Notes: generated from the letters alone by a model not told the origin. Shown: positions 22,021-33,288, counted from the first letter of the stretch. The stretch is DNA of 37,802 bases from Octopus bimaculoides (GCF_001194135.2 NC_068985.1:50089496-50127297); one strand, 5' to 3'. Program-made: numbers and translations.

Positions 22021-22891
22021 TGTGCTAATGTTATAAACGCTTATTTAAAACGGTCGGGTATGTTTTCAGAGTGATTTGGTTGCTATTACTAGTAGGTCGA
22101 GTGACTATATAGAGTCTCCTTTGCTAACTCACAAAAGTTAATGCCACAACCTCCCTCATAACAGAAATAATTAACAAAAAATACAATAAAAACAATCAAC
22201 AAATAACAAAGAAATTAATACTAACGAGGGGTCAAATCCAAGAGTTCGCGTGAGTTAAATAATTAGCTTGCCCTACTCTCAGGACGAGAGTCTGAATCCG
22301 CTGCAAATGTTTCGTTAAGGCCCTCTCTGTTCATAGCTTATCATCAGTTTACCTAACTGAAACTCAGTTACAAATCATATCCAAGAGAGTCAGACTTCAA
22401 TACTGCTCGCCCCTTAAAGTATCCTTATCATTTCTGAAAGGTTTAAATGAATACAATTATTTATGAAGCTACATCGCAGACCGTTTTACAGATTCAATTT
22501 ATAATAAACATTTATGTATAGAAATTGAATATTTTCCCTCATTATTCTTATTGTTTTCAGTTATACATCTCTTAGTTATTTGGTTTTTCTGCATGAGAGT
22601 ATGTTTGATTTCTGTCGTGTTTGTTGTTAATGCCGTTATCTTTTTATGGTGTTTGGTCGTAACGATGTTCTTGATGATGATGGTGATATATTTTTGTGTT
22701 ATTGTTTGGTCGTAACGGTGGTGGTTGTGATAATGATGGTGGTATCTTTTATCTTTAACAGTCAGGAATTCTGATCGGTAACCAGGACAACCGAGTCATC
22801 CCAGCAGCTTTTAAATGTCAAATGGACGTAGTGGAAATGTCTTTCTTCGTAAAACCACCACCACAATATCAACAGCGACGATGACGATGAC

Positions 22892-22923
<32 letters not shown>

Positions 22924-23384
22924 CAACATTGCCAATTAAATGAAATTACATGGTAATGTCAAGCCATACACCGTTCCCACCAAACCCTAAATAATACAGA
23001 AACTAAAACGATAACAACAAACAAAGGGTCTTTTACGTGGTTGCCCAACCTTCTAGAAATAATAGTTACACCCCTCACAAATTAACACTCAATTGTTTAA
23101 CACACATACACACACGCACGCGCGCACCCGCTCACACATACAACGTACACTGTTGTTAATATGCCTGAAAAAAATCGAGATGGTCATATATGGTGGAATT
23201 GATAATAGACCTGCTCGATTGGGGGCTAAACAACAATCACACGGGAAACGCAGCAACTGCGATCTGACACTAATATTATCTCCATACAGTGCCAGACGGA
23301 AAACACACTAGATGCTTTAAATGGAAACATTTGAATAAAATATCTTATTTAATCTACATAAAGCATGAAAATATTGACACCACT

Positions 23385-24005
23385 GCAAGCACGACACAGC
23401 GCTACACATCCGCAAATTCACTACACGTCTAGAAATTCATTATGCTACACTTCTACAAATACAGTACACATCTAAAAATTCACTACAGCACACTTCTACA
23501 AATATACCACAGTATACATCTACAAATCCGCTATACTACACTTCTACGAATACACAACACTTCAACAAATTTACTACATTTCTATTGTACAAATACACTA
23601 CACTATACTTCTACAAATACATTACACTTCTATGAATATGCTACAGTACACTTCTACAAATTTACTACACTAAACATCTACAAGTACACTATACTTCTCT
23701 GATTATGCTACACTTCTACAAATTTATTACATTTCTACAAATTGACTGCATTATACTTCTACAAATTCACTACACTGTATTTCGACAGTACACTTCTACA
23801 AATTCCTAAGAATTCTGCAAATACACTATATTACACTTCTACGAATACACTACACTGCACATCTACAGATTCACAACTACACTTCTACAAATTCACAACA
23901 CTACATTTCTACAAATATGCTACATTACACTGTGACAAGTACACCACGCTACTACAATCAGTCACACTACATTTCTACAAATACATTACAACTACACATC
24001 TCCAA
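23385..24005 (+). repeat. degenerate minisatellite, unit about TACACTTCTACAAAT(T/A)CAC
   Basis: More than 20 imperfect repeats of an 18-24-bp C/A/T-rich unit with strong G depletion on the plus strand. Confidence 0.8.
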
Positions 24006-25553
24006 TCCTATACACCACGTGTATTTTATACTGTAACGCGGCACTGTCACATCACCGAATACTAAGTCTTTGGATTAGTTGGCGTCAACATTTTTGCATA
24101 ATGAATCATTTCCACCCACCTCTACTTGACTTTCTCTAATTGACGTTTAAACGTTGAAGGGGGAAATGTTTATTTTTGACTAGAATGTGAAATGCTTTGT
24201 CAGAGAGAAGTGTCAACTATCACGATCAATCGATGTGTGTGTGTGTGTGTGTGTGCGTGCGTGCGTGTATGGATGTGTAATGTTATACCTCCCACCCATA
24301 CTCCTGTAGTAAGTCACGGAAGCTCATAAACTAATTTTCGTTAACTTGCAATCCAACAGTAAAAAAAACGGTTGTTGCTGTTGTTGTTTGATAGAATCGT
24401 TTGAGTGCCGGATAGAATGTCTTGCGGTATTTGCTCCGACACTTTGCTCCGAGTTCAAATTCTGCCTAATTCAATTACTGTCTTTTATCCTCTAGGAGCC
24501 GATAAAAAAAAGTATCACCCCGAGCAGAGGATTGACGGAACTTTAAGATAAACGGAGTGTATGCCTTGTGGAATTTATTCCACCTCTTTGTGTTCTGAGT
24601 TCATATCCAGCCATCATGGTCTGCTTAGGTGGCAGACTTAATCTGTCGCTCGGTTTAACACCAACACCTAGCAGATTGAGTGCTTTTACCGGAGTTCACT
24701 CTCTCGCAAGCATTCAAGCTTGGTCTCTGATTTGAGGGCAGCTCCTTCTTTTCGTCTCTCCCTTCCATCAGACACGGACGCCTTGTGAAGGGTCATAGAC
24801 ATTGCCCTCCCGTCTTAAAAAACAAAACAAAACAAAAAACAAAAAACAGGTCAGCTCTAATCGAGCAGATCTATAATAAAGGCTGTTCCAGAGTTTATCG
24901 TTCTTCTTTCTATTTTAGAAAGTGTTCTGACAACATCACCCAACATATATTTTGTTTCCAACATTAGAAATAGCTTCATTGGTGTTAAATATGATGATTG
25001 GAGAAACATTAAGGGCTAGATAACATTATTGCTTGGTTGAGTAAGCCAAGAAGGCAACTCTAAACGCTTTTGTTTGTTAAATTTCATCAGCAACAGTACA
25101 GCCTTCGCTAATTTTGCAGGAACTGTGGCAACTTACATGTTATTTTGTTCTTCCTGTATTCTTTTTAAAAACAGTAAAGTATGAATTGAGAGAGATTTAG
25201 CAAATATTTACAGCTGGAAACGTGGCCATATAGAGGATCCTTCTTTGGCACGGGGATAAGATATTAGACTTCTGCTTTCATTAGTCTTGAGTTCATATTT
25301 CCTTTCCAGGTGCACCCATGTGCAAAACACTTTACTATCCACAAGCTCAATAACATGTATTCAGAATATAATCCTATAAGCGCATATGTGGCTATGTCTT
25401 TAGGAAGTTTGCATCTCCAGTATGTGGTTTTGAATTCATCTAACTGCATGGCACCTGTGGTTGACCAATAAACTGTGAGTGGAATTCATTAGACGGATGA
25501 ACTGTGCAAAAGTCCATCATACATGCATGTATGTATGTATATCACTAAATATT

Positions 25554-25768
25554 CTTTTCTACTCTAGGCACAAGGCCCGAAATTTTGGGGGAGAGGGCCC
25601 AGTCGATTAGATCGATCCCAGTACGCAACTGGCGCTTAATTTATCGACTCCGAAAGGATGAAAGGTAAAGTCGACCTCGGCGGAATTTGAACTCAGAACG
25701 TAAAAACAGACGAAATACCGCTAAGCATTTCGCCCGGCATGCTAACGTTTCTGCCAGCTCGCCACCTT
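25554..25768 (-). mobile_element. full-length young SINE (same family as the 20140-22020 cluster) with a TSD
   Basis: Intact head AAGGTGGCGAGCTGGCAGAAACGTTAG...TTCTGAGTTCAAATTCC. Direct repeat TCACTAAATATT at 25542-25553 and 25773-25784. Confidence 0.88.
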
Positions 25769-25789
25769 AATGTCACTAAATATTAATCA

Positions 25790-27035
25790 CAGACTCGTCT
25801 GCTACAGCCACCAGAATCTGTACGTCTTCAAATGCGCTTCATCAGCCCCGTAAAGCACTTCTATGAGGAGGCATCTTCATCGTGTATCCCTGTCATTGCA
25901 GGTGGTGCTAGGTGATCAGGGCCGCAACACTTTTGCGATTGGTCTTCGTAACTATTTCACTGTGAGGTACATGATCATACCAGGCAAATGCCGGAATGTG
26001 CTGGAAGCTCAAGCGGAAGCATGTGAAGGACTTAATGTATCAATCTGTAATTACCCGGATCTTTCTGATTTGGTGGACACCATTTGTTTTTTAACGAAAC
26101 ACTTTCAAACTTGGGATACTGGTAGAATGTGTCATATAAAACATCTTTTTCTCTTAGCCTTGTTAAGAAAAGTTTCTATATTCCAAGTTATTTCATGTTA
26201 AAAGTTGTATTTCGATAATTTCAACCAATCACTGACGTCAATTGAGGTGAAAACAATTACTGCCGTTGTTTGTCAACAACAACTATCAGCGGTACTGTTA
26301 TTTATGACATCGTTCGTGCGTTTGTACTGGTTTTAGCTTTAGGGTTTTAGGGTTAGGGTTCGGGTTTTAGAGTTAGGATTAGGGTTACGGTTTTAGGGTC
26401 AGGGTTAGGGATAGGGTTTTAGAGTTAGGGTTAGGGTTTTTACCAGGGACTAACGATATATACACCGCCACAAATTATTGTTGACAAAGAACAGCAGTAA
26501 CTGTATTCAGCTGAATAGACGTCAGTGATTGGTTGAAATTACCGAAATACGATAGTTTTTAACATGAAATAATTTCGAATATAAAAATTTTTCCCTGTTC
26601 TATAAGACAAAATATACAAGTATACGAAATTTTAAAGTGTTTTGGTAGAGAACACACTAAATAAAAAACGGTGTCCGCCAAATCAGAAAGATTCAATTAC
26701 CCAAACTTCATAGCTATAGAGGAAAATGGTGATACAAGCTGTTCGGTATGCGGTGATCGGCGGGAAAGAACTGAGGCTCTTGTGAAAGACGATGTTCTGA
26801 ATTAATCAATGCCGAAGTCTCCCAAAGACAGCTAATGATAGTACAATGCAGACTTGAATATCGGGGTCAATGCTGCTGCATCAGAGAGACTACTCCTCAG
26901 AAACTTGAAAGACGGCACTACAGACATCAGCTCATTACAAATAAAGAACGCAGGTACGGTGACTGAAACACTAGAATTCCATAGGGAAACCACAAACACA
27001 TTAGATATCATTCTTCCATATAATTCAGATAGTTC
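25790..27035 (-). mobile_element. old RTE-clade LINE C-terminal fragment, interrupted by the 26057-26694 MITE
   Basis: Decayed translation SVVPSFKFLRSSLSD ... AYRTACITIFLYSYEVWVITD*YIKSFTCFRL...AWYDHVPHSEIVTKTN matches RTE motifs FKYLGSxLS, YRAxVxxxLLYGxExW and WxDxVPNxEV. The frame is continuous once the MITE and one TSD copy are removed. Confidence 0.7.
26057..26694. mobile_element. Merlin-like MITE (638 bp) with long imperfect TIRs around a TTAGGG-variant tract
   Basis: Ends GGATCTTTCTGATTTGGTGGACACC / GGTGTCCGCCAAATCAGAAAGATTC. Perfect 8-bp TSD AATTACCC (26049-26056, 26695-26702). Inner arms share ATTTCAACCAATCACTGACGTC. Central TTAGGG/TTTTAGGG/TTAGAG/TTACGG tract at about 26331-26440. 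Confidence 0.88.
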
Positions 27036-27307
27036 AGGACAGTGTGTATGTATGTGTGTATGTATGTATGTATGTATGTATACGCGCATAACATATTGTA
27101 TTTAACTGTTCGTCATATATCCTTTCTTCCCCGTTTTCTTCATTCTAATTTTTGTTGCCGTTTTAAATTCTTTTGTATAAGGGTAATTATATACTCACCT
27201 TGTCTATCATGGCTTACAGCTTTACACGAATTTTTAAACAGATTATGTTTTGCATGACTCAGAATTAGGCAAGTATTAAGCAACAAGAAACGACCAGAGG
27301 GTGTACA

Positions 27308-27370
<63 letters not shown>

Positions 27371-27374
<4 letters not shown>

Positions 27375-27656
27375 TTATGGGTTTCAGCCAAGTGGCTGTG
27401 GTCATGCTGGAGCACCACCGTGACTTTCCGTCTTTATGCTGTGCGTTCTTCACGTTCCTTGCATGGCTCTTCTCTTGCACCTGATATAGTCCAATCAAGA
27501 GTTTTGATGGCACATCTGGTGTATAAGAGAATTTGACATCGCTGCCCTAAACTGTGTCTCATTTCGAGCCATTGGTTCGTCTGGTATCGTGGAGAGGAAA
27601 GCGTCGAGTTTTGTTTTGAAGACCTCTATATCCATGTCTTGCAGGTCTCTCAAATG
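27371..27656 (-). mobile_element. 3' end of a CR1/L2-group LINE
   Basis: Open translation HLRDLQDMDIEVFKTKLDAFLSTIPDEPMARNETQFRAAMSNSLIHQMCHQNS* (FKxKLDxFL..IPDEP...NSL type C-terminus). The short 3' UTR ends GGTGCTCCAGCATGACCACAGCCACTTGGCTGAAACCCATAAATAAAT. Confidence 0.7.
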
Positions 27657-27710
<54 letters not shown>

Positions 27711-27711
<1 letters not shown>

Positions 27712-28540
27712 AATAATTGACAGGGAAGATAGAGTTAAATGTAAGCTTTATTTAACACGACGACCGTTTCGGCTTACATCTACACTGCTCCCTAGTGGGT
27801 AGGGAACGATACAATGTAATCGAATGCACCCCACAGTGCAGAAGAAACCTCATCAGATTACATAACACTTTACAATGTTCTGATAAGTACATTCACTACT
27901 GTGCGTGGCAGGATGTTAGGAATGTATTCGGGGAGTGGTAGGTAGAGAAAGCAAAGAATCAAATACAAAGACTAAATGGCTTTTGAATGAAAAGCGCTCT
28001 AAAGATAGTGGCGTTCTTAGATGGTTGGTCATGCGTATTATTCGTGGTAATATGGTTACGCACACACACACACATACTCTTATACTTTGTATTTGATTAT
28101 TTGCATTCTCTACCTACAACTCCCCGAATACATACTAAACATCCTGCCTCATTAATGGATTTGTGACTTAGCGGTTCGGCAAAAGGGTGCAATAGAATAA
28201 GTACTAGGTTTACAAAGAATAAGTCCTGGGGTCGATTTGTTCTACTAAAGGCGGTGCTCCAGCATGGCCGCAGTCAAATTACTGAAACAAGTAAATAAAT
28301 AAAAATACTATAAACGCATGCATCATACCAACACCATCCTGCCACACACAGTAGCGAAATGTACTTATTATAATACTGTGACGTATTATGCAACCAAATG
28401 ATGTTTCTGCTGCACTGTGGGGTGCATTCGATTGAATTATATCGTTCCCTACCCACTAGGCAGCAGTGCAGATGTAAGCCGAAACGAGCGTCGTGCTAAA
28501 TAAAGCTTACAGTACACTCTGTCTTCCCTAGCAATTATTT
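27711..28540. mobile_element. palindromic Penelope-like remnant (inverted arms), right arm split by a SINE tail
   Basis: 27711-27970 is the inverse of 28085-28148 plus 28335-28540. Each arm reads outward ...GCCGAAACG..CGTCGTG.TAAATAAAGC, a motif typical of Penelope-like element ends. A SINE 3' piece occupies about 28150-28310. Confidence 0.6.
27759..27856 (-). ncRNA. hammerhead-ribozyme-like motif (probably degenerate)
   Basis: CUGAUGA (27856-27850), an extended pairable stem II, GAAAC (27770-27766), a 4-nt loop GGUC, then the GUC triplet (27761-27759). Stem I pairing is poor. Confidence 0.35.
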
Positions 28541-28722
28541 GAAATATACTAAACGTACACCGGGGAGTTCCTTACGTAGCTCCTACGACTAAAGTGCAGT
28601 AGCGCGGATGACGCCTGGTAGCCGTATGTGCTGAACATGCTCTCAAGGCACACTACTAGGGACATACCCAAAACTAGGTTTGGATACATTTTAAAGTCTC
28701 CTGTCTAAACTTTAATTTTAAA

Positions 28723-28786
<64 letters not shown>

Positions 28787-29960
28787 ATTAGCTTAGGCAT
28801 TGCGGGACAAAAAAAATTGCGCTTTATATTCGAGGCTATGATAAAGCTATAGGTGTAAGCTAACGAGGTTCGCAACATAATCTTTGTTTATCCTGCCTTA
28901 TTTCTTTTTCTCATATATATATATATATATATATATATCTTTATTCTGTATCTTCCTATAACTCGGATTCTAGGGATGGGCAGCAGAGAATATGTTTATA
29001 TAATGTGTGCATACCCTCAAGTGTATAACCCAGTAATCGATGGTATATTTTATGTACACACCTCCTTATATGTATACACATTTATTCAAACATACTGTGA
29101 CGGTATGCGTGGTTATATTCACACATATTCTATTGACATCATTCTTCACTGTAGTGGAAGTAACGTCTGCATAAATTTATAAACATAGTGAGACAGGTCT
29201 GGTTTTGATTCCAGTTTGAAAATATGTATAATCTCCTTTCACATCACTAATGCCCATGAGAAAAGCAACACAACTGGTTCTTAATCCTCCTTAAAGTAGT
29301 CTTAAGTTTGCAGTCCTTAATCAAATAAAGGTCAAGAGTTTTGAAATGCCATGGTAGTCTGTAGTGTTTGTATAAAACATTCTGCCAGGAATAAGTACCA
29401 GATTATTCTGGATCAGCCTGAGGACAAGAGCTAGGCTCAAGACCCTGGATCTTAATTGTAATCGGCATGTAATAACATGTATTTAGCAGGCTATTCGCAC
29501 CACCAGATGGACGTTACACGTACATAAACATATGTTTGTTCCTTGGCGTACAGGCATCGTCGCGAGATACAGTGTGTGCTAAGCATTTAAGCTTAACGGA
29601 GTCTATAACTTCGCCTGTCCTGCACACTGTTGATTTTTTCCAAAAGGATATTGGGAGAAAGAGAAGAATCGATCACAAATAAAGAAAGAGAAGAATCGAT
29701 CACAATACTTGTAGTTTATTTTTGACTTCGAAAGAAAAGGCAAAACTGATCTCAGCGGGATTTGAACTCATGGTACAGAGAGATTTAAACTTACGTACAA
29801 GGAGCCGAAAAAATACCTTTAAGATTTATCCGACGCTGTAACAGCTCTGCCAATTCGCTACCCTGTGTGTGAGAGAGGGAGAGAGAGAGAGAGACAGAGC
29901 TTAAATATCAGCTACTCGTATTCCGCAACTAGCCTATCCTTTTGGTGTAACGTCCCGCGT

Positions 29961-31059
29961 GCGAAATTTTTTTCCCCACAAGAGTTCCGGACCCCAGTAA
30001 CGAACTCATTTGCATACAGCCAATCAGTACTCACCTTGACCTTGTTGTCAAGTTAACAAAGTTTTACACTTGCAACGCTCTCTTCAAAACCAATTTGATA
30101 CTCGGCAAAATTTTGATACACGCGATTGCACATCAAAATCAAGTGGTGAGGATGGAAATGAGCCAATAATCAACGGGCTAAACAAAGCTTTTCTTGCTTT
30201 GCAACAAAGTTATATTCAAGGCAAAGAATTTCTTGGGGCACCAGTGAAAAAATTCACCAAGCAACTTCTGGAACAGATACTGAGTTAGCTTCTGCGCTTC
30301 ACTGCTTTGGTCGGTACTCTGATGTGGCACATGCTATTGGCAAGAAAAAAACGAAAATCTCTAGTGCTAGTGCGAAATTTTTTTCCCCAGAAACGAAAAT
30401 CTCTAGTCAGTATGAAGACAATTGGTGTGCAACCAACTGCAGCATTCAGGAGAAAGATGGCTGGTGGTGGCAGAAACCGCATTGGTGCTGGCAGACCGTT
30501 GAAGGATTGTTTGAAAAGTATGAAAGGAAAGGTGCCGTTCAGTTCTCAGATTAGGCCTAGACGCAAAGCCCAACATAACATTCGTGAATGTGTTAAAGCA
30601 ACCAATCTCTTGGTAAAACACACTCTACCAAGTGAACTTAAGACGAAGAACGGTGTTGCAAGCCGACTGATCGCCAAGTAATTCCTGATTTTAGAAAGAG
30701 ACAAGTAATTAGATAGGTGTAGATATAAATCTATACCTATTATCGGATTTTGTTAGGGACCCATTTGGTAAAGATGTTGATGGGTAAAATGTGGGTAGAG
30801 GGTGATGTGCTAGCAACCCTTTCCCCTAAACAACAGCAAAAATAACTACGCAGAGGCAGCCATGGTTGAAACAAGAACAAAAACAACAAGCATTCTTAAA
30901 AGAGAAAAGAAGCATGGTCATTCCTTACCCAAGTGACTTTATCTTATCGCCCATCATTTGTTATGCGCTCATAAATTAGTTTGATAGTTAATCTCTGATT
31001 GGCTGTATGGAAATGAGTTCATAACTGGGGTCCGGAACTCTCGTGGGAAAAAATTTCGT
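29961..31059 (+). mobile_element. internally deleted Mutator-like (MULE) element with a transposase C-terminal remnant
   Basis: About 66-bp TIRs (29961-30027, 30995-31059) and a perfect 9-bp TSD GTCCCGCGT (29952-29960, 31060-31068). Internal peptide IGVQPTAAFRRK..GRNRIGAGRP...QHNIRECV resembles the C-terminal tail of SWIM-type MULE transposases (from memory). No DDE core seen. Confidence 0.75.
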
Positions 31060-31309
31060 GTCCCGCGTCGTACCGCACTGAATATGAAAGTAGAGTGTGA
31101 GACCTTCTACTGAGCCTGAACTTTGGTTACATGTCGCGTATCACAGCGCATAATCTGTCTGTCTATCTATCTATCTATCTAAAGTAGATATTGTGTACGC
31201 AAATAGGTGTACGACTATAGCGTTGGTTAGAGCCCCTGGTGAAACGCATGTAGGAACTATATTATAAACTTATGTTCATCCTTATTTCTCCTAATACACA
31301 CACACACAC

Positions 31310-31351
<42 letters not shown>

Positions 31352-31380
31352 NNNNNNNNNNNNNNNNNNNNNNNNNNNNN

Positions 31381-31424
<44 letters not shown>

Positions 31425-31439
31425 GAGTGAGTGTTAATA

Positions 31440-31610
31440 TATATAGTTGAAATTTACTGAAAAACAAAAGACGAAGACAGCTGTATAAACAACAAGGTGT
31501 ATTAGTATGACGCTCGGGAAGGTGAGAAAGTCTTTTACGTTTCGAACCTACGCTCTTCAACAGAAAGGAACACGAGGAAATAAACAGAGAGAGAATAAAA
31601 AACTTTTGGA
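31440..31610 (-). mobile_element. Penelope-like terminal fragment
   Basis: The reverse complement contains CTGTTGAAGAGCGTAGGTTCGAAACGTAAAAG, a TGAAGA...CGAAAC motif of the kind found at Penelope-like ends. No ORF support. Confidence 0.35.
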
Positions 31611-32375
31611 GTTAGCGGTCAATCATGGCAACTGGTTGGACAAAGGTAGTTGGACAGGAGAGCTAGGAAGAAGGGTAGATAATAAGGTAATGGTGATCCC
31701 AAAACGAAGGTGCAGTAAATGACAAATTGTCACTATATTAAATCTAAAGTAATTACATTTTTGAAGAATCATTGCATTAATTAAACATATACAAAAACTG
31801 TTAAATTCACATTAAATTTATTTCAGGAAGTGTCAAAATTTTGGTTGCACAACTGCAGCCTGGCCACTGATACAGTTTTCTCTTTATTTAAAACAATATG
31901 GTGAGATTTGAATGAGAGGTAGCTTTTATTTCGTGTGGATTATGTTGTTTGTATTAGCCCCACCTTTGGTCAATCTCATTGGAAATAAGCTCATCTTCTG
32001 TATATTGGTTTCAAATTTTGGCATAAGGCCAGCAATTTCGGAGAAGTGGTAAGTTGATTGCATTGACTTGAGTACTCAACTGGTGCCAATTTTATCGACA
32101 CCGAAACGAAAAGTCGACTCCAGCGACATTTGAACTCAGAACGCAAAGACGGACGAAATACCATTAAGCATTCTGTCCGGTGCGGTAACGATTCTGTCAG
32201 CTCACTGTCTTATATTATCCTCTGTACATAGCAAAGAAAAAAAGCAAACGACATCGACTGTGTCAGTGACCAAGTCGCAATTGTGCGATGAATATTTTTG
32301 ACATCTCATGAAATAAACTGGAAGTGAATTTGACAGTTTTTGTGTGTTTTCAAATAGAAAGAATTGCTTTTCTAC

Positions 32376-32423
<48 letters not shown>

Positions 32424-32425
<2 letters not shown>

Positions 32426-33288
32426 AGAGAGGTTCGTTCGAAAAGTGTCAATGCCGCATGGGTAAAATCCTTTGGGTGGGAGGTGACACCACCCTTCTTA
32501 TGCATGCGTCAAAATTTTCGTGCTGGTAGGTCGTGTCAGTTCCTGGCTGTTAGGCCTAGAGTATAGATGTGTAGTGCACGCTCGTCGGATCTTCGTTTTC
32601 ACACAAGATGACCGAACGCATGAAGCAGAAACCATAAATCTATGTCTCATCACCAGCGATGATATTCTTCATGAAGTCTGGCAATGGTTTGCACAGTCCA
32701 GCATGTCCTGAGCAATTTCCATGCGGAGTTGCTTCTGCCCCTTAGGGACAAATTTCGCCGATACTCTCCGCATGTACAAATCCTCCGTTAAAATGGAATG
32801 CACTAATCCTGTGCTTGTTCCCACTCAATGAGCAATTTACTGGATTGTTACACAACGGTTTTCCATGACTATTTGCTAAACCTTCTGAACTGGTTCCTCG
32901 TTTCGGGTTGTGGATGGCCTGCCTGAACGTGCCCATCACTGAGGTGTGGCCATATTTGAAACGGTTGTACCATTCCTTGATCTGAGTTTTTCCCATGGTA
33001 TCATCGCCAAAAGTCTGCTGAGTTTTCTGGATGGTTTGAACTCGAGTATTATCAAGATTTTGGCAAAATTTAATGCAATATTTCTGCTTAATGCGTTCGA
33101 TGCAACGAATGCAAAGTACACGTCTGTACTTTAGACGTAACAGTCAGGAACTAACACGACTTACCAGTGCAAAAACCTTCCCACATAAGCAGGAAGGGTG
33201 GCATCACTTCCACTCAAAGGATTTTGCCTATACAGCATTAGCTGTGGCGGAAGAAAAATAAAGTTGGATACTTTTTGAATGCACCGAG
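32424..33288 (-). mobile_element. decayed mariner element with about 150-bp inverted end regions
   Basis: Remnant translation MGKTQIKEWYNRFKYG (mariner HTH region) and GQKQLRMEIAQDMLD. TIR CTCGGTGCATTCAAAAAGTATCCAACTT ends at 33288 followed by TA. 32424-32575 mirrors 33115-33288. Confidence 0.8.

Noticed and set aside
22776-22900. Possible plus-strand exon after TTTAACAG (SGILIGNQDNRVIPAAF...)
   Set aside because: No recognisable homology, no good donor, and it runs into a (GAT)n microsatellite.
27199-27210. Minus-strand GCC-ATG ATA GAC AAG|GTGAGT as a first coding exon
   Set aside because: Good donor and start context, but phase 0 does not fit the TYW2 exon 19 kb away and no partner exon was found.
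30324-30554. Fibrinogen-like peptide NCSIQEKDGWWW
   Set aside because: It is an alternative frame of the MULE transposase remnant, with none of the other fibrinogen-domain motifs.
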